NCBI GenBank assembly: GCA_964566795.1
Contig: CAZMIU010000001.1
Coordinates: 479,090-543,089 of the forward strand
Reading direction: 5' to 3'
Length of the DNA: 64,000 nucleotides
Source: an uncultured Candidatus Saccharibacteria bacterium
Lineage (GTDB): Bacteria > Patescibacteriota > Minisyncoccia > Phycocordibacterales > SBAW01
Under the pieces are notes generated by a model, which saw only the letters and a program-made list of their open reading frames with translations, ran no database searches and had not been told where the DNA came from. This document shows positions 38,980-48,837 of the stretch, piece after piece. Each line of letters starts with the position of its first letter. Within the stretch, counting starts at the first letter, position 1. Both the position numbers and the translations under genes were made by a program.

Positions 38980-40233
38980 ATGCAAAACCTTAACCTAAGA
39001 CTTGTGGCGGAGATAATCGGAGGAGCGCTTTTTGTGCTGCTTGTCATCTGGTTCTTTTTCCTGCGCACGCCGGGGCTCGAGCCTACAGACACCGCGGCCC
39101 AACAAACATTTGGGACAGGGGATGAGCGCACCCAAGTTTCTCCCACCGCAAGCACAGGCAACGACGGCGCCGGGGTGCTTGAGTCTCCCGTGTCCCAACA
39201 GAGGGTATTTAAAATATCCGATGGGCCAGTCGCGGGTGCCACGTTTATGCAGGAGGCCCGACCCACAACAACGGTTGCGCGCTTTGTTATGCAGCAAAAC
39301 GGCCACGTGCTTGACCTGGCGATAGACAGCCCGGGCTCGGTTGCGCGTGCCATTTCAAACACGACTATCCCAGGCGCAAAAGAAGTGGTCTGGGAGATAG
39401 CGAAGGACAACGCGCGCCAAGTTGCACAGGGCGCCATACTGCGCTACATAGACCAAACCATTATCAAGAGCGTGTTGCTTTTGTTCCCCCAGTCTGCAAC
39501 CACAACAAGCGTAGCCGCGGTGCGTATCCAGTTTCTGCCGGACAACATTCTCTCGCTTGCCGCATCCCCCGATGGCGCCTCTGTTGTATACCTGGTTGCA
39601 ACCGCAGCAGGCTCTGACGGCTACGTGGCGCGCGCGGACGGCACCAACCCAAAGAAGCTCTTCTCGCTGCCACTCACACAGATGACCGTGCAGTGGCCAT
39701 CGGTGGGCACTATACTTGCCACGACCAAAGCCGCCACAGGCGTACCTGGGATGGCATTCTCAATCAGTGCGGCATCGGGCGCTGTCTCTCCCATACTGTA
39801 TGCCTCCGGTATTACCACTACAGCCGACTTTGGGTTTAATCAGGTGGTGTACCAAAGCGCCAACGGAGCAACAAGGTTTACATATGCCCACAACACCAAG
39901 ACCAACCTCGACCGGTCGCTCTCGTTTGACCCAATGCCCGACAAGTGTATCTGGAGCCGCCTGCAGACAAGCACCATGTTCTGCGCAGTACCGCTGACCT
40001 ATATTGTCCCGGAGTATAACGACCTGTGGTACCAGGGAGCCGACTCAGCCGCGGACTCTATCGTGTCCTACAACCTCATTACCGGCAAAAATACCGTACT
40101 CGCCACACCGGGCGCAGAGGATGGCGGCACAGCCGCAGACATAGCACACATGGCACTATCAGCAGACGAAAAGTATCTCCTGTTTGTAAAGAAAGGGGAC
40201 AGAAGCCTGTGGGGCGTGCGTTTAGCACGATAG
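38980..40233 (+). CDS. Membrane-anchored TolB-like beta-propeller protein
   Basis: TM anchor; SPDG, ARADGTNPKKL, LSADEKYLLF motifs. Confidence 0.7.
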   Translation: MQNLNLRLVAEIIGGALFVLLVIWFFFLRTPGLEPTDTAAQQTFGTGDERTQVSPTASTGNDGAGVLESPVSQQRVFKISDGPVAGATFMQEARPTTTVARFVMQQNGHVLDLAIDSPGSVARAISNTTIPGAKEVVWEIAKDNARQVAQGAILRYIDQTIIKSVLLLFPQSATTTSVAAVRIQFLPDNILSLAASPDGASVVYLVATAAGSDGYVARADGTNPKKLFSLPLTQMTVQWPSVGTILATTKAATGVPGMAFSISAASGAVSPILYASGITTTADFGFNQVVYQSANGATRFTYAHNTKTNLDRSLSFDPMPDKCIWSRLQTSTMFCAVPLTYIVPEYNDLWYQGADSAADSIVSYNLITGKNTVLATPGAEDGGTAADIAHMALSADEKYLLFVKKGDRSLWGVRLAR

Positions 40234-40278
40234 AAAGGGTGGGGTTGTGGGGAATAGCTACAACCTATTTCCTAATCC

Positions 40279-40725
40279 CTACAACCTAAATTTTAAGACT
40301 ATGTGGCGAAACTTACCCTCGCCTGCCGACTCTGTTTTTATCTCCGGATCATCATGGAACAGCTCGTGCACCACCAGGCGCTCGTAGGGCGAAAGGGGAG
40401 GCATCTCTACATCGTGCTTAAAAAGGCGGGCGCGGGAAGCCAGCATGCGTGCCTGCTCTCGCACACGCTCCATTTTACTCTCGTGCTGGCCGTTTATATC
40501 AATTAAAAACGCCGCCGCGTCTTCTCCGTGGGTGCGCTCTACCATGCGCTTGGCTATGGTGTTTAGTGCGCGCACCACCTCGCCATCCTGGTTTGAGAGT
40601 GCCGGGTCATCGCTTTGTATGGCAACGAGTGTGCGGTGCCCCGAGGTTACGCTGACAGCGTGTACTGTCACGCCAAGCTTGTCCAATAAATCCTTTATGA
40701 AGGCTTGTAGCAAGGTTGGCTCCAT
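40279..40725 (-). CDS. jag: Jag/KhpB (KH-R3H) RNA-binding protein, short form
   Basis: PLSPYERLVVHE, TESAGEGKFR; downstream of yidC. Confidence 0.85.
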   Translation of the reverse strand: MEPTLLQAFIKDLLDKLGVTVHAVSVTSGHRTLVAIQSDDPALSNQDGEVVRALNTIAKRMVERTHGEDAAAFLIDINGQHESKMERVREQARMLASRARLFKHDVEMPPLSPYERLVVHELFHDDPEIKTESAGEGKFRHIVLKFRL

Positions 40726-40777
40726 GGACCAACTATAAACCACCGCCTGCCTCAAAAACAGTGGACGGGGGCGTTTT

Positions 40778-41488
40778 TTAGTTTTCCTTTTTGCCCTGGT
40801 GGGTCAAAATCCACTCCTGGAGCACGGAAACCAGGTTGCTGGTGAGAAAATAGACTCCTATAGCCGCAGGGAAGGAGTAGGACACCACCACCATGAGCGC
40901 GGGCATAAAGTAAAGCATGAGGTTGCTCTGCATGCGGTGGAGCTTTTCCTTGTCGGGGTGTGTTGGGGAGGGTGTGCGGCGCAACGTAAGGCGTATGGCA
41001 AGGTACTGGGTAAAGCCCACCAGTATTGCCAGGGGAATGTGGTGCGATCCCATGAGATCTATAAGGCCAAAGAAGGTGGTTGATACCTGCGAAGGCACTC
41101 CTACAAACGAGTAGAGGAGCTCCTGGTTGATGGTAGGGAAGCCCTCACGAAACAGCGCAAAGTAGAGTGCAATAAGCACCACAAGCTGGATAATGAGCGC
41201 GCCAAAGCCTGCAAACGGGTTGACCTTGTACTTCTTGAGGAGTGCCAGGCGCTCGCGCGTAAGCGCCTCCTTGTCGCCCTTGTACCTCTCCTCGGCGGCA
41301 TCAAGCTCGGGCTGCATAGCCTGCATACCCACCTGGGTGCGTATAGAGGCGGTAAAGACCGGGTAGAGCACCGCACGCATAATAAGGGTGATAACAACTA
41401 TGGCGAGCACGCCGTCGCCCTCTGGCACGAGCCCCAACACAAACACGAACAGGTTATAAATTGGCTGTACTAGGAAAGTTGTAAACAT
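40778..41488 (-). CDS. yidC: Membrane protein insertase
   Basis: AIVVITLIMR, MQAMQPEL, KYKVNPFAG, VYFLTSN..QE. Confidence 0.93.
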   Translation of the reverse strand: MFTTFLVQPIYNLFVFVLGLVPEGDGVLAIVVITLIMRAVLYPVFTASIRTQVGMQAMQPELDAAEERYKGDKEALTRERLALLKKYKVNPFAGFGALIIQLVVLIALYFALFREGFPTINQELLYSFVGVPSQVSTTFFGLIDLMGSHHIPLAILVGFTQYLAIRLTLRRTPSPTHPDKEKLHRMQSNLMLYFMPALMVVVSYSFPAAIGVYFLTSNLVSVLQEWILTHQGKKEN

Positions 41489-41763
41489 AGGGTTGTGACG
41501 GCTTCAGGTGTGAGCGAGGCCGATTGTACAAAGAGTACCACGCGGGCCTTGGGTAAGGGCGCGGGAAGACTGCGGTAGACCATGCGGCGCAGGCGGTTGC
41601 GCTCCACGGCGCCCGGAGCAACCTTTTTGCTTATGACAACAGCCACCTTGGGGGTGGGGGAAGCCATATATTTGGCACTAAGCGAGGGTACCCGGGCAGA
41701 CCGACCGGTTTTCATGACCTCGCGGACCTCTGTAGCGCCCATACGAGCACGCTTGGGGAGCAT
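41470..41763 (-). CDS. rnpA: RNase P protein
   Basis: VVISKKV..AVERNRLRR; synteny with rpmH and yidC. Confidence 0.9.
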   Translation of the reverse strand: MLPKRARMGATEVREVMKTGRSARVPSLSAKYMASPTPKVAVVISKKVAPGAVERNRLRRMVYRSLPAPLPKARVVLFVQSASLTPEAVTTLCLQLS

Positions 41764-41900
41764 TACACCGTGGTAAGGCGGGCACGACCGCGGCGCGCCC
41801 TGCGCTTGAGGACTTTACGGCCGGTAGGGGTCGCATTGCGCTTGAGAAAGCCGTGCGCGCGAGCCCTTTTGCGCTTCTTGGGTTGGTATGTCTGTGACAT
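41763..41900 (-). CDS. rpmH: 50S ribosomal protein L34
   Basis: [45 protein letters not shown]. Confidence 0.97.
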   Translation of the reverse strand: MSQTYQPKKRKRARAHGFLKRNATPTGRKVLKRRARRGRARLTTV

Positions 41901-42406
41901 AGGTAACTAGGACAATAGCACAATAAATACAACAAGTACAATAGCACCCAAACGGCCTAAAAACAACTTTTATTTAGAAGTACGAAGCTTTTTCTTAAAC
42001 CCTCCTAATTGGCTGTAGATGCTCATTATTTTAACCTCAATATCGTCATATTCTCCCTTGTTTATAAGCTTATTTCTCAGGAGAGAGTCGGTACAAGCGA
42101 GTGTTTCGTAAGCTGAACCAAGGGCTATATCAAGAAACCGGCTCAGTTCTTTTATGGAGTTTTTACCGCTTCCTTCGGCAATATTTAGCACTATAGAGAG
42201 GCTAGACCTGCTAATCTGATCTCCTAATGAACCTTTAAATTGACCGGGGAGGGAAGAAATTATCTTTGACATATCTGAAAACAGGTTTTGGCTGTCTGTA
42301 TATACCTGCCATTTCCTGAATCTGAGCTGTTCCATAGCCCAAAGTTGTAATCTTCATCGTTTTAGTTGTCAATTGTATTTATTGTTCAGGTTGTTCTGTC
42401 GTACCT
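41901..42406. mobile_element. Inverted-repeat-bounded four-helix-bundle element (IVS-like)
   Basis: AGGTA...TACCT ends; ~70-nt imperfect inverted repeats including a perfect ACAATAAATACAA/TTGTATTTATTGT; AT-rich interior. Confidence 0.6.
41970..42335 (-). CDS. Four-helix-bundle protein (23S rRNA IVP/Avd-like family)
   Basis: QISRSSLSIVLNIAEGSG, RFLDIALGSAYE motifs. Confidence 0.9.
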   Translation of the reverse strand: MEQLRFRKWQVYTDSQNLFSDMSKIISSLPGQFKGSLGDQISRSSLSIVLNIAEGSGKNSIKELSRFLDIALGSAYETLACTDSLLRNKLINKGEYDDIEVKIMSIYSQLGGFKKKLRTSK

Positions 42407-42409
42407 GTC

Positions 42410-42480
42410 AACTGGGGACTTGTCCCCAGTTCGTCCACAGGTTGTGCACTTAATCGTTATTTTTGACGACTTATCCACAC
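42410..42480. promoter_or_regulatory. DnaA boxes upstream of dnaA
   Basis: TTATCCACA at 42471 plus degenerate TGTCCCCA and TCGTCCACA. Confidence 0.75.
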
Positions 42481-42512
42481 ACGAGTATCTTTAGTGTACT
42501 AGCTCTCTTTAT

Positions 42513-43850
42513 ATGACCACCACGAAAGAACTTTGGGAGAATACGCTTGTAGAACTGGAGTTGACGATATCCAAGCCCAACTTTAATACGTGGTTTAAAG
42601 ATACTCATATTGTGCGGGTAGAGGATGGCACGGTTTACCTGGGCGTACCCTCGCAATTTGCCCGCGACTGGCTCTCTACCAAGTTTCATAAAGATATTTT
42701 GCGCTCATTGCGCATGCTCTCGGAGTCTGTGCGCACGGTGGAGTATGTAATATCGCGCGGCCATAAGCGCCAGGAGGAGGCAAAAGCAGTGCCCCCGCCG
42801 CCCCAGGAGCTGGCACTTGAGCCGGTGCACCAAAAAACAAACCTCAATCCGCGCTTTAGCTTCTCATCCCTTGTGGTTGGGCCCTTTAATGAGCTCGCAC
42901 ACGCCGCAGCGCAGGCTGTGGTGCGCAAGCCGGGTATTGCGTATAACCCCCTTCTTATCTATGGCCCAACCGGCCTGGGTAAGACACACCTTATACAGGC
43001 GATAGGGAACCACTTTAGGACCAGCGCGCCCGACCGCAAAGTGTACTACGTTACCTCGGAGCGCTTCTCTATGGACTATGTCTCGGCACTCCAGGCAGGC
43101 AAAGTACAGGGCTTTAAGGAAAAGTACCGCCAATATGACCTCCTCATTATGGATGATGTCCAGTTTTTGGCCGGGCGTGACAAAATAAAGGAGGAATTCT
43201 TTCATCTCTTTAACTTTTTGCACGACGGCAATAAACAACTGGTCTTTACATCCGACCAGCACCCCAATGTGATACAGGGACTCGAGGACAGGCTTAAGTC
43301 GCGCTTTAATGCGGGCATGATTGTGTCTGTAACCCCTCCAGACCACCAGTCGAGGCTCGCCATTGTGCGCACCAAAGCCTCTATGCATGGATTTTTGCTC
43401 CCGGATGAGGTGCTGGAGTACCTGGCCACCACCATAGAAGGAAATGTGCGCGAACTCGAGGGAGCGCTCAACACGCTGATGATCCAGTTTGAAATGCGCG
43501 GCGAGCCTCTCAATATCAATGATGTAAAGACACTCCTGCGTGGCACGGGCGCCTCGTCTAAAAAAGCGGTCTCGGTACAAGAGGTGGTTAAGACCATTGC
43601 CAACTTTTATGGGGTAGAGGAGGGGAGTATTTATGAGAAGACCAGGCGCAAAGAGGTGGTGCGCCCCAGACAAGTGATAATGTTCTTGCTGCGTGAGGAC
43701 TTTAGGATCTCATTCCCGACTATTGGCGACAAATTGGGGGGCCGTGACCATACCACTGTCATACACTCCTGCGAGAAGATAAAAAACGACCTGCGTACTG
43801 ACTCAGTACTCTCAAACGAACTCCACCAGATCCGCCTTATGCTCAAGTAG
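42513..43850 (+). CDS. dnaA: Chromosomal replication initiator
   Basis: YNPLLIYGPTGLGKTHL, DDVQF, NVRELEGAL, GGRDHTTVIHS. Confidence 0.99.
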   Translation: MTTTKELWENTLVELELTISKPNFNTWFKDTHIVRVEDGTVYLGVPSQFARDWLSTKFHKDILRSLRMLSESVRTVEYVISRGHKRQEEAKAVPPPPQELALEPVHQKTNLNPRFSFSSLVVGPFNELAHAAAQAVVRKPGIAYNPLLIYGPTGLGKTHLIQAIGNHFRTSAPDRKVYYVTSERFSMDYVSALQAGKVQGFKEKYRQYDLLIMDDVQFLAGRDKIKEEFFHLFNFLHDGNKQLVFTSDQHPNVIQGLEDRLKSRFNAGMIVSVTPPDHQSRLAIVRTKASMHGFLLPDEVLEYLATTIEGNVRELEGALNTLMIQFEMRGEPLNINDVKTLLRGTGASSKKAVSVQEVVKTIANFYGVEEGSIYEKTRRKEVVRPRQVIMFLLREDFRISFPTIGDKLGGRDHTTVIHSCEKIKNDLRTDSVLSNELHQIRLMLK

Positions 43851-44098
43851 ATGGGGATAAAGGTGGGGATAGGTGGAGTATAAGGATGTGGATATATAGG
43901 GGTATAGAGCTGAGTATAGAAATGGGGATATGTTGATAGAAACGGGGGTGGTAGTACTATGCACAGGATAGTTCGTACTTTATCCTCAGGTAAAAAAGGA
44001 CAACTTCTGGAAAAATAACCTTGTAAAACAACAGTATTCTGACTTATCCCGAGTATCCACACCCCTAATAGTAGTAATAGGTTTTATATAAAGAAGTT
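43851..44098. other. oriC (dnaA-dnaN intergenic) with DnaA boxes and DnaA-trios
   Basis: Multiple TGGGGATAA/TGTGGATA-like boxes; TTATCCCGA-GTATCCACA followed by TAATAGTAGTAATAG (44066-44080) and an AT-rich tract. Confidence 0.85.
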
Positions 44099-45196
44099 AT
44101 GAAATTTGAGACAACAACAGAAACATTCAGTCAGGCGGTCTCAACTGCAAACAGGTTTACTGAACGCAGGGCAAACCTGCCGGTACTTGGCTGCGTGCTT
44201 ATTGTTGCAAAAGGCTCTAAGGTCGTTTTACGCGCAACCAATCTTGAATGTGGGGTGGAGATCGTGGTACCCGCAAAAGTTGCGTCTGAGGGCACCACAG
44301 CGGTTCCTGCAGGGGTGTTGAGCGGCTTCCTGAGTAATGCGCGCAGCGCCTCTATACAAGTGTCTTTAGCGGGTGAGGTTTTTAAAATAGAGAGCAACAG
44401 GGCAAGTGCCTCTATAAAAACTATCCCGCATGAGGACTTCCCTATACTCCCTAGAGTCTCTACTGAGCAATCGTTTACCATCAAAGCGTCTGACTTGGTG
44501 CGCGCTATACGCTCTGTAGCGTACTGTGCCTCACTCTCAGCTATAAAACCCGAGCTCCAGAGTGTGCTCTTGTACGCAGAGGCGGGGAAGCTGACTGCAG
44601 TAGCTACAGACTCGTTTAGGTTGGCTGAGAAGCAGGTTCCCTTTAAATCCGGGGAAGATGTGCCACAGCTTTTGGTACCAGCGCGCAACGCGGCCGAGCT
44701 TATGCGCGTGCTTGAGCATGTGGATGGTGATGTTGAGATGTTTTATAACGAGAATCAGATTTCTACTGAGGCAGATGGGTTGTACTACACCTCACGCTTG
44801 CTTGATGGTGCATTTCCTAACTATAGGCAGGTGTTGCCAAAGCAATTTAGTACTGAGGGGTTGGTCTTACGAGAGGATATGTCGCAGGCGCTAAAGTCTC
44901 TCTCGATATTTGCAGACAAGTTTGCACAGGTATTGGTGCAGATCGACCCCGCAAAAAAAGCTCTTGTACTCTCCTCGCGCAACCCTGATGTTGGCGAGCA
45001 GATCTCGACCGTTAAGGCGACCATAGAGGGCGACCCTGTGTCTGTGTCGTTTAACGGCCGCTACTTGGCCGACTCATTGCAGTCGATAGTGGGGGACTCT
45101 GTGCGCCTGCATAGTAACGGCGCCGGCAAACCCATGCTTATAAAAGACGCCTCCGACGACTCCTTCCTCTACCTGGCAATGCCCATGAACCGATAA
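44099..45196 (+). CDS. dnaN: DNA polymerase III beta clamp
   Basis: LRATNLE, AVATDSFRL, SRLLDGAFPNY, YLAMPM. Confidence 0.97.
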   Translation: MKFETTTETFSQAVSTANRFTERRANLPVLGCVLIVAKGSKVVLRATNLECGVEIVVPAKVASEGTTAVPAGVLSGFLSNARSASIQVSLAGEVFKIESNRASASIKTIPHEDFPILPRVSTEQSFTIKASDLVRAIRSVAYCASLSAIKPELQSVLLYAEAGKLTAVATDSFRLAEKQVPFKSGEDVPQLLVPARNAAELMRVLEHVDGDVEMFYNENQISTEADGLYYTSRLLDGAFPNYRQVLPKQFSTEGLVLREDMSQALKSLSIFADKFAQVLVQIDPAKKALVLSSRNPDVGEQISTVKATIEGDPVSVSFNGRYLADSLQSIVGDSVRLHSNGAGKPMLIKDASDDSFLYLAMPMNR

Positions 45197-45232
45197 ACAA
45201 AAACTCCCGGAGGAATCCGGGAGTTTTTGTTA

Positions 45233-47587
45233 CTAGATTGCTTGAGTGCCGTTGTTGGCGTTTGGTTGGCCGTTTTGGAGCTGGGTGTCTTGGTTGTTTT
45301 GCCCTGGCTGGCCCCCACCCACACACTGGCCCGTCCTGGGGTCTATAAAGCAATCCTCCCCAGAACCATTTGGTATAGCTGGTGTGCCGTTTGCACCTAC
45401 CCAGGCACCCACAGGGTACTCCCAGTATTTGTACTGGCTGTCGCCTATAGAGTTGCCGTCGCCTTGGGGATTGTTTTTGTTAACCCAGTACAAAATGTCG
45501 TGTATTTGACCGTCCTCGCCTGGTATCTGCCAGATGCCGTTAAGTACCGGCTTGTTTGCAGCGGTAACCTCTGCGCGGGGGAAGGGGGTCGCGGGGAACT
45601 TGGTGAGCGCGTAGCGCATAAACTCGCTCCACGCCGGGCCGATGATAAACCCGGACACGCGGCGCACCATGGGCGTGTTGTCGTTGTTACCGGCCCAGGC
45701 ACCCACCACAATGTTTGGCGTGTAGCCCACAGTCCAGGCGTCGCGGTAGTTGTTGGTGGTACCGGTCTTTACCGCTACCTCGTGGCCCGGGAAGGTAAAG
45801 AGGTTGTTCTCGCCCAGGGGTCCCCGTGCAACCGGGTCTGAGAGCACGTCACTTATCTGCTGGGCCACTTGAGGTGAGAGCACCTGCACGCCGGGTGACT
45901 CGGTATTGTCCTCCATGATGTTGCCCTGCGAGTCCTCAATCTTGAGTATCGACTGCTCGTCAAAGTGCAGACCATTGTTGGCAAACGCGCCATAGGCGTT
46001 GGTCATATCAAGCGGCGTTACCTCGCCACCCCCAAGAACAAGCGTAAGGCCGTACTGGTTTGGGTCGCCCAGTGTCGACACGCCAAGTGACTTTGCCAAG
46101 CGCAGAGTATCTGGAAGGCCTGCCAGGTACAGGGTTTTAACGGCGGGGATGTTTCTTGACTGTGCCAAGGCGTTTCTGAGTGTCATGGGGCCCACAAAGG
46201 CGTCGTCGTAGTTTTGCGGGGCGTAGCAGGGATTCTCGGTCTTGTAGTTTTCCTCCGGCTTGCATGCGGTAGAGAACTGGGTTGGGAGGTCAAACACCAC
46301 TGTGTCAGGTGTGTAGCCCTCTGCAAACGCCTGGGCGTAGGCAAACGGCTTAAACGAGGAGCCTGGCTGGCGGCCCGGGTGCATGGTTGCCACGTTGTAC
46401 GCGCCAGGGATCTCTTGGTCAAAGTAGTCACGCGATCCCACCATCACCAATATCTGACCGTTGTGAGGGTCGGTGGCCACCATGGCCATGTTGGTGGCGG
46501 CAAAGTCATCCACGTTTTCAAGCGCGTTTCGCTTTACTATTTCCTCGGCTTTTATCTGCAGGTCTGCATCAAGCGTGGTGGTAACTCTCCAACCGCCGCG
46601 CTCCAGAGCCTCCTCGCCGTACTTTTCCTCCAGGTACTGTTGCACATAAAAGACAAAGTGCGGCGCAATGATGCCGTTGACGCGCTTGGGATTAAACGCA
46701 ACTTGTGCGGCTTTGTCCTGGTCGCGCTCTTCGGCCGAGATTACACCATGCTCGTACATCTTATCGAGTACGAGGTTTTTGCGGGCCTCAAGCTGCGAGT
46801 TGCGGCCTGACTCGTCTGTGCGGTATGGCGAGAGGCGCGTGGGCGAGGGGAGCATGGCCGCGAGGTAGGCCGCCTCGAGCACGGACACGTCTGATGCATG
46901 CTTGCCAAAGAAGGTCATAGACGCTTCCTCAACGCCGTACAACTGGCCGCCAAACGGTGCCTGGTTAAGGTACAGCTCAAGAATCTGATCCTTGTTTAGA
47001 ACTCGCTCCATCTTGAGAGCCAAAATCCACTCCTTAAACTTGCGTATAGGAGACTTGTCGGAGGTGAGTATGGTGAGCTTGATCACCTGTTGGGTGATGG
47101 TGGAGCCGCCCTGGCCGGACAGGAGCTCGCCCTGCACAAAGTTGGTCCAGATAGCGCGCGCTATTGCCGTGGGCTTGATACCTATGTGGGTGTAGAACTC
47201 CGGATCCTCTATGGCAACAATAGCCTGCTGCAGGTTGGTCGAGACGGAGTCGAGCGGTATTGCGGTGCGCTGCATGTCTTTGTGGAGGTCAAATAAGAGC
47301 ACAGTGCCCGTGCGGTCATAAATCTTGACTGACTGCTCGACGCGGCGTGTCTCAAGCGAGCCCAGGTCGGGGAGCTGTAGCGTGGCGGCCCAGAGCAAAC
47401 CCCCGCCGCCGATAAAGAAGCAGAACCCAAACACCCATACGCCAAAGGAGCGCCAGTTGTGTTTAAGGTAGTGCGTCCAGTAGTCGAACCGGTCGTCTGC
47501 CCAGTCAAAGGTTTTGCCAAACCTGGGGTAGAGAGCGCGGTGCGCGAGCTTGTAATAATGCCGCCACATAGCGCGGATAGTTTGCAT
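45233..47587 (-). CDS. Class A penicillin-binding protein (PBP1A)
   Basis: AIEDPEF, GGSTITQQ, RKFKE, GSSFKP, SRN, KTGT. Confidence 0.95.
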   Translation of the reverse strand: MQTIRAMWRHYYKLAHRALYPRFGKTFDWADDRFDYWTHYLKHNWRSFGVWVFGFCFFIGGGGLLWAATLQLPDLGSLETRRVEQSVKIYDRTGTVLLFDLHKDMQRTAIPLDSVSTNLQQAIVAIEDPEFYTHIGIKPTAIARAIWTNFVQGELLSGQGGSTITQQVIKLTILTSDKSPIRKFKEWILALKMERVLNKDQILELYLNQAPFGGQLYGVEEASMTFFGKHASDVSVLEAAYLAAMLPSPTRLSPYRTDESGRNSQLEARKNLVLDKMYEHGVISAEERDQDKAAQVAFNPKRVNGIIAPHFVFYVQQYLEEKYGEEALERGGWRVTTTLDADLQIKAEEIVKRNALENVDDFAATNMAMVATDPHNGQILVMVGSRDYFDQEIPGAYNVATMHPGRQPGSSFKPFAYAQAFAEGYTPDTVVFDLPTQFSTACKPEENYKTENPCYAPQNYDDAFVGPMTLRNALAQSRNIPAVKTLYLAGLPDTLRLAKSLGVSTLGDPNQYGLTLVLGGGEVTPLDMTNAYGAFANNGLHFDEQSILKIEDSQGNIMEDNTESPGVQVLSPQVAQQISDVLSDPVARGPLGENNLFTFPGHEVAVKTGTTNNYRDAWTVGYTPNIVVGAWAGNNDNTPMVRRVSGFIIGPAWSEFMRYALTKFPATPFPRAEVTAANKPVLNGIWQIPGEDGQIHDILYWVNKNNPQGDGNSIGDSQYKYWEYPVGAWVGANGTPAIPNGSGEDCFIDPRTGQCVGGGQPGQNNQDTQLQNGQPNANNGTQAI

Positions 47588-47620
47588 GCAGCTATTCTAC
47601 CACCGTGGTACAGTATCGCC

Positions 47621-48799
47621 ATGGGATTTTTTAGCGCTTTTACCAAGCAAAAAGTTGCCAACGGCAAGCTGTCTGAAGTCTTACAAGAGCGCGGGTATGT
47701 ATACCAGCACTCCTCACCACTTGAGGAGATTACCGATGGTCAGAAGCGCATGGTGTACTTGGGTATAGACCCGAGTGCCGACTCGCTGCACGTTGGCAAT
47801 CTGCAGGCCATGCTTGTGTTGCGGCGCTTTTTAGAGCATGGGCACAAGGTAATACTCCTTATCGGCGGTGGTACCGGCATGATAGGCGATCCCTCAGGGA
47901 AGAGCGAGGAGCGTAATCTGCTTGATGACGCGACTATAGACAAAAATGCCAAAGCTATAGCAGCACAGGGCAAGAAGTTGTTTGGCGGTCTTGATTTTAC
48001 TTTGCTTAATAATGCGCAGTGGCTTCGCACATTGAACTATATTGAGTTTTTGCGTGATATCGGCAAACATTTTTCTGTTAATGCAATGCTTGCCCGCGAC
48101 TCGGTCAAAGACCGTCTAGCCAACCAGGAGCAGGGCATATCGTATACAGAATTTTCCTACATGCTTTTACAGTCGTATGATTTTTTGCATCTGCATCAAA
48201 ACTACGGGTGCGATGTGCAGATAGGCGCGTCTGACCAGTGGGGCAACATACTCTCCGGTACCGACCTCATCCGCCGCAAAACGGGGGATACAGTCTACGC
48301 GTTTACCTCGCCGCTGTTGGTTAACAAATCAACCGGCAAGAAGTTTGGCAAGAGCGAGGGCGGCGCCGTGTGGCTTGACGCTCAAAAGACGTCTCCCTTC
48401 GACTTTTATCAGTTTTGGTTTAACACCACCGACGAGGACGTTGAGGAGTTTTTGCTCAAGATGACACTGTTGCCTAAGGCAGAGATTGACGCGGTCATGG
48501 AGGAGCAGCGCTCAAACCCGTCTGGCCGCGCAGCACAGAAAAAGTTGGCATATGAGGTGACTGCGCTTGTACATGGCGAGAGCGAGGCAACTAAGGCACA
48601 AAACTTTGAGAACGTGCCTACTATTGGCACCGGCAAACTGCGAGATGTGCTTAAAGAGTATTCAACAAGTGAGCTCCGCCGTTTGGTAGAGCAAGGAGGA
48701 ATCTCGGGTAAAGACGGCAAGATAGATTCTATCGACTACGAGGTTACGTCGGGTGAGGAAATAAAAATAGGCAAGAGCAAAGTATTTAAGGCACAATAG
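47621..48799 (+). CDS. tyrS: Tyrosine--tRNA ligase
   Basis: YLGIDPSADSLHVGN, YMLLQSYD, DQWGNI, KFGKS. Confidence 0.97.
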   Translation: MGFFSAFTKQKVANGKLSEVLQERGYVYQHSSPLEEITDGQKRMVYLGIDPSADSLHVGNLQAMLVLRRFLEHGHKVILLIGGGTGMIGDPSGKSEERNLLDDATIDKNAKAIAAQGKKLFGGLDFTLLNNAQWLRTLNYIEFLRDIGKHFSVNAMLARDSVKDRLANQEQGISYTEFSYMLLQSYDFLHLHQNYGCDVQIGASDQWGNILSGTDLIRRKTGDTVYAFTSPLLVNKSTGKKFGKSEGGAVWLDAQKTSPFDFYQFWFNTTDEDVEEFLLKMTLLPKAEIDAVMEEQRSNPSGRAAQKKLAYEVTALVHGESEATKAQNFENVPTIGTGKLRDVLKEYSTSELRRLVEQGGISGKDGKIDSIDYEVTSGEEIKIGKSKVFKAQ

Positions 48800-48837
48800 A
48801 GTAAAAAGAAAACCCCGGAGTGTTCCGGGGTTTTTCT

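Noticed and set aside
41970-42335. Diversity-generating retroelement (Avd-like gene)
   Set aside because: No reverse transcriptase and no TR/VR pair seen in the window.
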